A stretch of 44,654 bases of DNA from a virus, in the IMG/VR virus record IMGVR_UViG_3300045988_143597; one strand, 5' to 3'. Shown here one piece after another: positions 16,617 to 24,915 of the stretch (the stretch's first letter is position 1; each line of letters starts with the position of its first letter). A program made the translations under genes and the position numbers. The notes below the pieces were generated by a model. The model saw only the letters and a program-made list of their open reading frames with translations, did not search any database and was not told the DNA's origin.

Positions 16617-17873
16617 CTACAGGTATTCCACAGGGAAAGCTGTCATTCCATATGATACACCACTATCGCTGCGGTAGAACTGTACTTTGACAGGCACACC
16701 GTCGATCTCCGCAATTTTGAACACGCGTCGCGCGCCATCTGTGCGGATATCGGTCTGCCATGGCTGATCTGCATCGAGCGCTGCATAGATATTGCTAACG
16801 ACATCTTGGTCTGTCCACCTTGCAGGAAATGCAGCTCCTTTCCTCGCGCTAGCTGCGGTGTGCCCTTTGCTTTTGTTCATGGTGAACATCTCCAGGTGTG
16901 TTGAGTCCTGTCGCCAACCATACAAAACATGTCCAGCGAATTGACGTGTCGACGGCACATCAATCACCTCACCGGCGGGCAAAACCGCCTTACGGGATCT
17001 TTCTGGCGGGATCTCGATACCACGAATGTAGGGAAACTCCCTTAACTCACGCAGCTTATGTTTGTGGTGCTCCAGATAGTATTCCCACCGGTGTAGATCT
17101 TCGCGGCTGTAGTCACGGGGTGCGTGGCCACTGGGTTTGTGACGTTGGGCTTCCTTCGAACCGCGAGTTTTGTATGTGATCGCGTTAGCAACTTTAGCTT
17201 TCACATAGTTCTCTGACCCTGGTACCTTTTCTTTTTCATACCACGCATCTTGCAACTCTTTGGTGATTTTAGGCCATGTGCGCTCATCTCGGGGGTTGCC
17301 CTCAATGCCAATACAACGACAGCCGTCATGCCAACCACCAACACGGTCTTTATCGTGGTAGACCGCGCCGCGTGATGCGAGCATGAGGCAGAAAGCACAC
17401 GCGCGGGGGCTAGGCATCACAAGAAACCGTGCACCTGCTTTTTCTGCGTTGTAGTAGACGGTATCGCGTGCGGGTTGCAGCACTAGACGAGTGAGCGCCT
17501 TTTCAGCCTTGACGCGCGCAGCTTGTAGATCTTGCTCTGTCTGTTCTCTGCGAACATCTTTCAGCGCCCAATTAAGACCTGCGAGGGCTTGTTTCCGGTC
17601 GACAGGTTCCGCAAGATCGGGGTACGCCAACAGAGATAGTTCCTCATCCAAACTGCGCTGAATGAACACATAATCCGCAGCTGCCGCAGCCGCCTGTAGA
17701 CCATAATCTTGAACTATCTCGGGGTACATCTCATTGAGTCGAATGGTTTTGTTGTGCCACGACTCTGCAGGATCTCCAGACCACAGTGCCAACAGGTCGC
17801 GTCGCGCCATCACCTGGAGAGTGTCCAAGGCAAGTGCGTAGTGATCACGGTTCGCTTTGATCAGATCTTCCAC
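16617..17873 (-). CDS. MuF-like minor capsid protein fused to a C-terminal EndoU-like nuclease toxin domain
   Basis: GTG start preceded by GGAGGTG. Lies after the portal gene. Carries the MuF-type CAFC...WHDGCRC motif. The C-terminal ~115 aa (GHVLYG...KGHT...AFPARWTDQDVVSNI...GMTAFPV) resemble bacterial EndoU. Confidence 0.7.
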   Translation of the reverse strand: MEDLIKANRDHYALALDTLQVMARRDLLALWSGDPAESWHNKTIRLNEMYPEIVQDYGLQAAAAAADYVFIQRSLDEELSLLAYPDLAEPVDRKQALAGLNWALKDVRREQTEQDLQAARVKAEKALTRLVLQPARDTVYYNAEKAGARFLVMPSPRACAFCLMLASRGAVYHDKDRVGGWHDGCRCIGIEGNPRDERTWPKITKELQDAWYEKEKVPGSENYVKAKVANAITYKTRGSKEAQRHKPSGHAPRDYSREDLHRWEYYLEHHKHKLRELREFPYIRGIEIPPERSRKAVLPAGEVIDVPSTRQFAGHVLYGWRQDSTHLEMFTMNKSKGHTAASARKGAAFPARWTDQDVVSNIYAALDADQPWQTDIRTDGARRVFKIAEIDGVPVKVQFYRSDSGVSYGMTAFPVEYL

Positions 17874-17891
17874 CTGCCACCTCCGATCGTG

Positions 17892-19310
17892 TTATTCCTG
17901 CAACCCCGCTAGATCATCTGGCTTCACAGTGCCCAACTTGCTGCCCAGTTCATTGAGTCGCTTATCTGCGGTCTGTTTCGCCAACTCAGCTTTCATTGCC
18001 CGTTGATCCTCCAAAGGAATACGCAAACGATCCAATACCCACGGGTGCGTTGCAGGTAGAACACCAGCACCAATAAGCTTCACCAGAGCATCCGATTCAG
18101 CCGCCAACTGCTGCGTTGCAGGGGACTCCCACTTAGGTGCCACCTGTTTCGTGAACTCCGCCCACACAGGACGCGCAGTGCCCGTCAAATACAACAACGT
18201 CCAACCCAACTGGTTGAGATCGCCAGTAATAAGCCGCTGTTGGCCCTCAATGCTGCGGATAAGGCGTTCAAGCCACGCACGAATAGCATCACCAGATGGC
18301 GGATTCTCAGTAGAAAAACCAAGATACGCAGTAGGCAACCCCGTCGCAGATGCAAGCAATTGGGAATACGCGCGCAACTGCTCGATATACGGTGTCGGTG
18401 GTGCTGCGGTGAACTGCCCAACACTAGGCACCTGCCCATCTTCGTCGCGTGGGATCGCCAGCATCCGCCCCATCGTCACCCGCCACCCCGCCTCAACCAT
18501 CTCCTGATGCGAAGGATTATCAGAGGCGGTGAAATCAGACATATCCGCACCCATAGCGTAGCGCTGCGGAGTCGTGTAAAACTCGCGGTTAATCTCCATA
18601 CCCAACATCGTGCGCGCAGCAGCTTGGGTGTAGTACTTCACCGATGGCGTAATCAAACTACGCCCATACCACTCACGAGATCGCAGCTTATTGCGGATAC
18701 GAAAAAACGGCACCATACCCGGCACCGTCTTATATTCGTGAACCACCTCAGCATCATTCGGATGTGTGCCAGGCTGGACCACAATACTGTAGCCCTCAAA
18801 GTGGATCACCTCACGGGAATACACCCACCAATCGGCGCTTAGCCCGGCGTTGCGAATGATCCGAAGGGCTGCAGATGCCCGCCCGGAGATCGGGTCCCAC
18901 CGCAACGTTCCATCCAAAGGTGACACACTATGCAGCGCCCATTGATTGGTGCCCGGCACCTGCTCCACACTCAAGAAACCAACACCATAGATCAAAGAAT
19001 CTTGCACAGCTTCCTGGATACGATCAGCTGCAGCAAACGTGCGGTTAAACTCCGCCATGCCATAGCCATCGCCGTCATCCCACCCGAGGAAATTCATTCG
19101 CTCATGGTGCGTATCAACCACCGTCGATGGCCAGTCACATACCACACCAATGTTCGCCAATTGTGGTGGCACCGCAATGTTCAAACTATGCACACGGACA
19201 GATCCGTCATAGTAAGACAATGCTTCTTTATTGGTTTCCGCCCGCGCAAATACCTGCTGTTTCAGCTCTGCACGGATACTCTGCTCATCTCTCGTTAACT
19301 TACGGGTCAT
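17892..19310 (-). CDS. portal protein
   Basis: 472-aa ORF overlapping the TerL stop by 4 nt. Size and position are typical of a portal. Confidence 0.85.
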   Translation of the reverse strand: MTRKLTRDEQSIRAELKQQVFARAETNKEALSYYDGSVRVHSLNIAVPPQLANIGVVCDWPSTVVDTHHERMNFLGWDDGDGYGMAEFNRTFAAADRIQEAVQDSLIYGVGFLSVEQVPGTNQWALHSVSPLDGTLRWDPISGRASAALRIIRNAGLSADWWVYSREVIHFEGYSIVVQPGTHPNDAEVVHEYKTVPGMVPFFRIRNKLRSREWYGRSLITPSVKYYTQAAARTMLGMEINREFYTTPQRYAMGADMSDFTASDNPSHQEMVEAGWRVTMGRMLAIPRDEDGQVPSVGQFTAAPPTPYIEQLRAYSQLLASATGLPTAYLGFSTENPPSGDAIRAWLERLIRSIEGQQRLITGDLNQLGWTLLYLTGTARPVWAEFTKQVAPKWESPATQQLAAESDALVKLIGAGVLPATHPWVLDRLRIPLEDQRAMKAELAKQTADKRLNELGSKLGTVKPDDLAGLQE

Positions 19311-20962
19311 AGGATCACCGCCTTTCTACGCTTACGGGGCGTGCCACCAAAACCTGCTTTAGTCGCATCCAAACACGCCTTATACGCCATCACAGCTGCA
19401 TATGCTGCGTCGATCTTGTCAGGGCTAGATGGGTGTGCTTTGTACAGCAAATAACCAGTGCGGGTCGCACGCCTCCGAGCATTGAGGAAATGTCTAATCA
19501 ACTGCGGATCATTGCTCATCGTCATCTCCCCACCAACAATCGCCTGCCTCATATTTTCCACTGCTTCATGCACCAACGATCCCCTACCTTTCGGCCACAC
19601 GGAAATAGGTGCGTTACGGGAACCACGGACACGCAACTTGCGCCCATACTTTGCTTCCCAATCAGCAACCTGCCCCTGCCACCCAGATGGATCAGCATAA
19701 AAAGCAACCACATGGTACCGATCAAACGCATCCGCGATAGTTGCTTCCACATCCAACAGATTCGGCTGCCAATCTTGCGGATCATTCGGCCCCTGCTCCC
19801 AAATGCGGATAGTGAACAAGTGCTTATCGGATATCCGCATCGCCACTAGTGCGGTCGCGTCAGCTTTGCCACGGGTGCGACCACGGGAACCATCGAAACC
19901 AAGGACGATCTGATCACCCGGCAAGACTTCTTTAGAGTCATCCACAATCGCACGGACCTCGGGTTGAGACAACCACGAATCGCTCGCGTGCGTGACCTGG
20001 TTAAGGAAGTCCGACCGCATCACCTGCGGATCGCTCGCGGTATCCCAAATGGTTGCCTTAATCCGATCTAGATCAACATGGCCCGGAGGGCACGGCGGGT
20101 CGTGAATGACACACCCATCCGAATGTCCGCTGGCATCGCCATAGGCCACGCGCATGCCGAAGATCAGTGAATCTTCATCGCTCATATCCGTCGCTGCAGG
20201 AGCTTCACGGTGATCGTAGTACAGGCCATCATCTAGCGTGATACCTTGTTGGATTTGCTGCCAAAACGCCGCCGACTGCTCCGCAACACTGCCCTCACCT
20301 GGAATAAAAGCATTCGGAGTTTCCAACGTCGACCCGCCAAGCTTCGCAGCATTCGACCGCATCACCGCAGCAAGATCAACACCACCATTCGACCGCACCC
20401 ACGTTTCCGTCTGGTCCATGATGGAAAACACCGCGCGGGCACCCTTCACCGACCGTGCAGAAGCTGTAATCGGGCGGATCTGGCCACGAGGCAAGTTCAC
20501 GAAACCGCCCATCGGTTCCAAACCCGGGTAATCGTCATAGAGCTGTTCAGATTGGACCAACTCGTGTAACGCATCCCAGGTATTGCGTGTTTGATCCTCC
20601 GATACTGCAGCAACCTGCACTAGCGGAGTACGCACCGTTGACCACGGTTTACCAACCGGCTGGCCGTTTGCATCCCAACCATCAAACAACACTGGCCCCA
20701 TAGCTTCAGCTAACGCCATAGCCGCCGCGAACGGCGATTTACCCCAACCACGTGGGCGTGAAATCACACCACGGTGAATCTTACGGCGCCCCGTCGCTGG
20801 ATCAAGCTCATAGAAGCGTAGAAGAAAGTCTTCCTGCTCCGGGTACGGAACGAACGGCTCATAATCTTCAACCTCAGGTCGCGAAAGATAAGCCGTCATC
20901 CAGTCAATGACCTGCCACCCGAGCGTAGGGAAATCACTATCGCCAAGTGGTTGCCACGACAT
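19307..20962 (-). CDS. terL: terminase large subunit
   Basis: 551 aa. Walker A-like RPRGWGKSPFAA. Acidic nuclease-type C-terminal half. Follows TerS. Confidence 0.9.
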   Translation of the reverse strand: MSWQPLGDSDFPTLGWQVIDWMTAYLSRPEVEDYEPFVPYPEQEDFLLRFYELDPATGRRKIHRGVISRPRGWGKSPFAAAMALAEAMGPVLFDGWDANGQPVGKPWSTVRTPLVQVAAVSEDQTRNTWDALHELVQSEQLYDDYPGLEPMGGFVNLPRGQIRPITASARSVKGARAVFSIMDQTETWVRSNGGVDLAAVMRSNAAKLGGSTLETPNAFIPGEGSVAEQSAAFWQQIQQGITLDDGLYYDHREAPAATDMSDEDSLIFGMRVAYGDASGHSDGCVIHDPPCPPGHVDLDRIKATIWDTASDPQVMRSDFLNQVTHASDSWLSQPEVRAIVDDSKEVLPGDQIVLGFDGSRGRTRGKADATALVAMRISDKHLFTIRIWEQGPNDPQDWQPNLLDVEATIADAFDRYHVVAFYADPSGWQGQVADWEAKYGRKLRVRGSRNAPISVWPKGRGSLVHEAVENMRQAIVGGEMTMSNDPQLIRHFLNARRRATRTGYLLYKAHPSSPDKIDAAYAAVMAYKACLDATKAGFGGTPRKRRKAVIL

Positions 20963-20975
20963 ACCCAGCGACCTC

Positions 20976-21446
20976 CTAAGAAGATTTACCTTGCTTGAAC
21001 TTGTTAATATCGGTCGGATCTACCGCGTGCAGATTCGCACGCCGATTACGTGCCGACGCCACCTGCCCGTCAGGGCGCCGCGCATCAGCAGCATCGGCAT
21101 CAGCAAACTGCATACGCAGCCGAGCGCGATCTTCCATCGTCGCACCGAACTTAGCTACACGGAGACGCAACTCCTGCAGCACAGACGTGTCGCCACGGCC
21201 CCACAGTTCGGCGTGAAGAATTGCGGTATCCAACAGGAAAGACCAGTCAGTCGAACCGAAATGCTCCGACTGTGGAGCATCTGCCCACATCTTCCACCAG
21301 TTCAATGTCTCATCCGGCCAGGGAACAGACGTGGGCAGCTCCGGTTGGGAAGCTTCTTCAAACCGCAGAATCGTTGTGGGTGTCGGGTCAGCATGACGCC
21401 GCGCCCGTTTAGACGCTGGTTTAGGTGCGGGACCTCGTCCTGCCAT
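20976..21446 (-). CDS. terS: terminase small subunit
   Basis: 156 aa with a basic N-terminus (GRGPAPKPASKRARR), immediately upstream of TerL. Confidence 0.65.
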   Translation of the reverse strand: MAGRGPAPKPASKRARRHADPTPTTILRFEEASQPELPTSVPWPDETLNWWKMWADAPQSEHFGSTDWSFLLDTAILHAELWGRGDTSVLQELRLRVAKFGATMEDRARLRMQFADADAADARRPDGQVASARNRRANLHAVDPTDINKFKQGKSS

Positions 21447-21480
21447 GAGTGAACAACCTCCCTAACAAAATAGATACCGT

Positions 21481-21618
21481 TTAAGAAAGTCCCGAACTTG
21501 CGGGAGCTACTGCACGTGCGGTTTTCCGGGCACGTGCAGCGACGCGCTTCTGCGGACCCGTATATGTCACCTTCAGAGATCTACCTGATTGAGATTTATA
21601 CTCAAAACTGCGCTTCAT
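21481..21618 (-). CDS. small basic protein (45 aa), first gene of the late operon
   Basis: ATG 21618 preceded by GGAGGTGAG. Sequence MKRSFEYKSQSGRSLKVTYTGPQKRVAARARKTARAV... The N-terminal extension in the track ORF lacks an RBS. Confidence 0.45.
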   Translation of the reverse strand: MKRSFEYKSQSGRSLKVTYTGPQKRVAARARKTARAVAPASSGLS

Positions 21619-21657
21619 GACACCCTCACCTCCTCTCACTACGTGAAAACAGCGAAC

Positions 21658-21699
21658 AAAAAAACTCACCACACTGCAAACCAACCGCAATGTAGTGAG
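21658..21699 (-). terminator. strong intrinsic terminator upstream of the late operon
   Basis: Minus strand: CTCACTACATTGC-ggttggttt-GCAGTGTGGTGAG (13-bp stem with 2 G.U pairs) followed by T7. Confidence 0.7.
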
Positions 21700-21721
21700 T
21701 AAAAGTGTCCCCGGCTATAAC

Positions 21722-22090
21722 CTATTCAATATCGAACCCCATCAACTTCGCCAACATGTGACCATCGATATACTTATCTCCCAAAACTTTGCGCTTGACG
21801 CCTAGCTCTTTGAGAAAGCGCTCTTTATGTTTGCGAGTCTTAAAGCACACCGCAAACCAATATTCCGAATCTGTGGCATCACGATAGCGGTCGCGCTCGC
21901 GGCGCGCTCGGTCGCTAAAATCTTCCTGCAATGCTTCAAGCTCGCGGGCGCAATCTTCATTAAGGTTAGGCGGATCGCAATATTCTACATCTTTCAGTGG
22001 ATTATCAGGGTCAGCTTTGGCGAACCCTTTCGCGAAAGAGAAGCTTTCACCCTTGAGGTCGAAACCGCTGCCCTTAAACTCGAATGTCAT
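21722..22090 (-). CDS. hypothetical protein (partner of the PAPS-reductase-like gene)
   Basis: 122-aa ORF overlapping the upstream gene by 17 nt. AT-richer than the flanking sequence. Confidence 0.6.
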   Translation of the reverse strand: MTFEFKGSGFDLKGESFSFAKGFAKADPDNPLKDVEYCDPPNLNEDCARELEALQEDFSDRARRERDRYRDATDSEYWFAVCFKTRKHKERFLKELGVKRKVLGDKYIDGHMLAKLMGFDIE

Positions 22091-22814
22091 GACGAATCAA
22101 CTCCAATTCTGCTAGGGGGAACCACTTCAGCACCTGTTGGTAGTCATCTGGGGCGAATCTGCTCATAGGCTCAATGAATCTGTAGTCAACGCCATCGAAT
22201 GATCTGCCGAACCATTCATAATCAGGGGCTAGGTCAATGTTATGGTCTTTGATGTAGTCATAAACACTGCCTTGTAGCCAATCATAGATCGCAGAGACTT
22301 TATGGCCCTTAGTTTTCATAGCCCCATGCTTTTTGATACTAGCGCGGCGCACTAGGCTATCTGAGGCGCGGACTCCATCGGCTACCCATGTATCTTCATC
22401 CAGGCCTAGATCTGCGCGGATAAATTCCCACATCTCTTCAAATGTGGGTGTAGGTATGCCCGCGCGGAAAATTGACGGTAGATGTTCGGGTGCTTGGAAA
22501 ATATAATTATTCAACAAGCGGTAGAAGCCTGGGTGGGGGTATCGGTGGATCTTTGTTTCTAGCTTATCTTCGCAGTAGTCGAGGTATCGGCGCGAAAACT
22601 CTAGAGGTTGGCGGGGGTTAACTCCGGGCACCGGGTAGAGGTGGGCGAGTTTGATGGATATTCCCTCATTTTTTAGCGCTAACGCTGCTGCCAGTGCATC
22701 TTTTCCGCCGCTGAATGCCACGCATACAGGGCGGTTTTCTTCCTTGAGTTGTTGTCTTATTTCTGCACTTGGTGGCACATTTTCAATTGATTTGGTGAGT
22801 TTTATTGTTGTCAT
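22074..22814 (-). CDS. PAPS reductase-like PP-loop ATP pyrophosphatase family protein
   Basis: N-terminal PP-loop motif VAFSGGKDA. 246 aa, a size typical of the phage PAPS_reduct family. Confidence 0.65.
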   Translation of the reverse strand: MTTIKLTKSIENVPPSAEIRQQLKEENRPVCVAFSGGKDALAAALALKNEGISIKLAHLYPVPGVNPRQPLEFSRRYLDYCEDKLETKIHRYPHPGFYRLLNNYIFQAPEHLPSIFRAGIPTPTFEEMWEFIRADLGLDEDTWVADGVRASDSLVRRASIKKHGAMKTKGHKVSAIYDWLQGSVYDYIKDHNIDLAPDYEWFGRSFDGVDYRFIEPMSRFAPDDYQQVLKWFPLAELELIRHDIRV

Positions 22815-22944
22815 TGTGGGGGGCCTTTCTTTGTGTTGATCATAGCCAGTTTTTAGGTGCTGTCAAGGCATGGGGGTAGATGGGGTTAAAAACGCTGTGA
22901 CATGCATGTTTGTTGCCATAGCACCCGCTAATGGGGGTATTGTT

Positions 22945-22972
22945 TTGACTTGCCTTTCGCCTGGTGTAATGT
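22945..22972 (+). promoter_or_regulatory. candidate sigma-70-like promoter of the plus-strand island
   Basis: TTGACT (22945-22950), 16-nt spacer, TAATGT (22967-22972), about 45 nt upstream of ATG 23019. Confidence 0.35.
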
Positions 22973-23018
22973 AGTTGGTGTCAGCAAGAAAGACACACAC
23001 CGCAAAGGAAACAAAAAC

Positions 23019-23342
23019 ATGAACGCAAAGAAAAACACCGAACAGCACCTAGACAACATAATCTCCAACTTCTTCGACACAACCTACGAATACATTGACT
23101 ACATTCGCGGCGCCGAAACGCTCAACCTCAACAATGAAAATACCCCGCTAGGTACCCGCCTAGTCGCAAACCTAAAAAATTCATACCGGGAAGCTGCCGA
23201 GCATCTCACGCAGATCGAGATCAAAGCAATCATCAAAACTGTAACCTCGATCAATCGCCAAACCATGCTAGACAGCGAGCTCAATCTAACCAACGACCTC
23301 GACGCTTTCGCAAGCGACCTCATCGACCAAATCAACCGCTAA
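23019..23342 (+). CDS. hypothetical protein
   Basis: ATG 23019 preceded by AAGGAAA. 107 aa. The track ORF start at 22950 lacks an RBS. Confidence 0.6.
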   Translation: MNAKKNTEQHLDNIISNFFDTTYEYIDYIRGAETLNLNNENTPLGTRLVANLKNSYREAAEHLTQIEIKAIIKTVTSINRQTMLDSELNLTNDLDAFASDLIDQINR

Positions 23343-23365
23343 ACGCGCAGAAAGGATCTAAACAA

Positions 23366-23491
23366 TGAACACCCTCTACTACTACGAAACAGATGAGCTG
23401 TTCATTGAAATGGACGAAAACGGCAACTACATCAACTATTGGAAAGTTTCCACACTAGACGACCGCTACTACTTCACCACCGCAGCCTAAA
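23366..23491 (+). CDS. hypothetical small acidic protein (41 aa)
   Basis: Hand translation: MNTLYYYETDELFIEMDENGNYINYWKVSTLDDRYYFTTAA*. RBS GAAAGGA 8 nt upstream. Confidence 0.4.
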
Positions 23492-23553
23492 CCACCACCG
23501 AGCCGCTAGACGAGAGTTTTACCGGCACCCTACCGCCTCAAAGGATACCCGCC

Positions 23554-23856
23554 ATGGACAACGCCTACAGCGACTACAAATTAGCTGAACTGAAAGATCA
23601 CATCACCGAAGAATGGCAAGCACTCCAACTACTTGAGATAGAAGCTATGGACTTCCAAACCAGCATCAGCATAGTTGGCGACCCTGATCAACTCCGCAAC
23701 TCCTCCGACCTGTTCAACCTGGAACAAAACGAACAGCGCGCCACATATGTCGAACACATGCAAGCCAAACTAGAGCGCGCCATCGCCATCTGCCTGACCT
23801 TCGACAACATCACAGATGAACAAATCACCGCAGTACTCGACCGCCATATTGACTAG
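23554..23856 (+). CDS. hypothetical strongly acidic protein
   Basis: 100 aa. 21 D+E versus 7 K+R by direct count. RBS AAAGGA. Confidence 0.65.
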   Translation: MDNAYSDYKLAELKDHITEEWQALQLLEIEAMDFQTSISIVGDPDQLRNSSDLFNLEQNEQRATYVEHMQAKLERAIAICLTFDNITDEQITAVLDRHID

Positions 23857-23875
23857 AAAGCGCACACCTTAGCTC

Positions 23876-24004
23876 ATGAGCAGCGACATCACTACACCCT
23901 TCCTATCAACCGAAACCAAAGAAAAACTAGCAGACATGGCCATCTACGCGGCCACTATCATCGCGGGCGATATCATCGCCGCCCTGGAAGCACGAAACAT
24001 CTAG
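23876..24004 (+). CDS. possible small protein (42 aa)
   Basis: ATG-to-TAG ORF fills the gap between neighbours, but has no clear RBS. Confidence 0.25.
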   Translation: MSSDITTPFLSTETKEKLADMAIYAATIIAGDIIAALEARNI

Positions 24005-24018
24005 AAAGGATCACACCA

Positions 24019-24342
24019 ATGACCACCAACATCTTCAGCCTCCCCCGGTTGGAAACTCTCCATGTATTGGAAGAGTGGGAAACCGAACCTAACCGCCAAG
24101 GTATCGACCTTAAGCGCTGTGTGCTCGCAAACCACGACTGCACCGAAATGTTCGAACTCTATTACGGTGGCGATGATATGGGCTACGGACTCACCATCTG
24201 CGACATAGAACGACGAAACACCTACGACAGCGCCAACACGCAAGATTGGGGCTACCTCGACCGCCTATTCAACGGGCGCGATAACTGGCAGCAACTCATC
24301 ACATACATGGAAAACATGACACCATCCCGGCATGCTGCATAA
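24019..24342 (+). CDS. hypothetical acidic protein
   Basis: 107 aa. RBS GAAAGGA. Last gene of the plus-strand island. Confidence 0.65.
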   Translation: MTTNIFSLPRLETLHVLEEWETEPNRQGIDLKRCVLANHDCTEMFELYYGGDDMGYGLTICDIERRNTYDSANTQDWGYLDRLFNGRDNWQQLITYMENMTPSRHAA

Positions 24343-24355
24343 CACCACAAACTAA

Positions 24356-24383
24356 CCCCCCTCTAGGATCACCTGGAGGGGGG
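24356..24383. terminator. bidirectional hairpin terminator between convergent genes
   Basis: CCCCCCTC-taggatcacctg-GAGGGGGG (8-bp GC stem) followed by TTT on the plus strand. Confidence 0.6.
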
Positions 24384-24403
24384 TTTAAGCATGTCCACAA
24401 TCG

Positions 24404-24634
24404 CTACTGTCCACGCGACGCTATACGGTCGCGGGCTTTCTTAAGTGTAGATATTGTGACGCTACCAGCATTCGCAGTCTCTGCCCATGTAGCGCCTAAT
24501 TCCATCGCTCTCACCATGTTCGCATCTCTCTTTTCCATTATTGCGCTCCGCTGTCTATCCAAGTCAGCTATCCGCTCAGACAACAAAGCAACCTCGGATA
24601 ACGCCTCATCTTTAGATAAAAAATCACTAGACAT
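24404..24634 (-). CDS. hypothetical protein, last gene of the early operon
   Basis: ATG 24634 (MSSDFLSKDEA...) preceded by GAGAGG. 76 aa. Confidence 0.55.
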   Translation of the reverse strand: MSSDFLSKDEALSEVALLSERIADLDRQRSAIMEKRDANMVRAMELGATWAETANAGSVTISTLKKARDRIASRGQ

Positions 24635-24702
24635 AAAACATGACCTCTCAGAAACTCCAGACCCGCACATAACCCTAGCGGCAATGCCCTCGGCTTGACT
24701 CC

Positions 24703-24915
24703 GGGGGGTGGGGGTGGGGGTGTCCCCCCTGGGTGTTTTGGGTGTTGTGTTGTGTTGTTTGGTGTTGTGGGGGTGGGGCGGTGTTGTTGTGGGGGGTGGG
24801 GGGTGTTGTGTTGTGTTGTGGGTGTTGTGGGTGTTTTGGTGGGTTGTTTTGGTGTTTGTGTGGGTGGGTGGTTTGTGTGGGTGGTTTGTGTGGGTGGGTG
24901 GTTGTGGTGGTGTTT
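24703..24915. repeat. near-pure G/T (plus) = C/A (minus) low-complexity tract with G-quadruplex motifs and short internal repeats
   Basis: 24780-24915 has no A or C (136 nt). 24731-24778 likewise (48 nt). G-run sets lie at 24703-24733 and 24769-24803. Confidence 0.9.
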
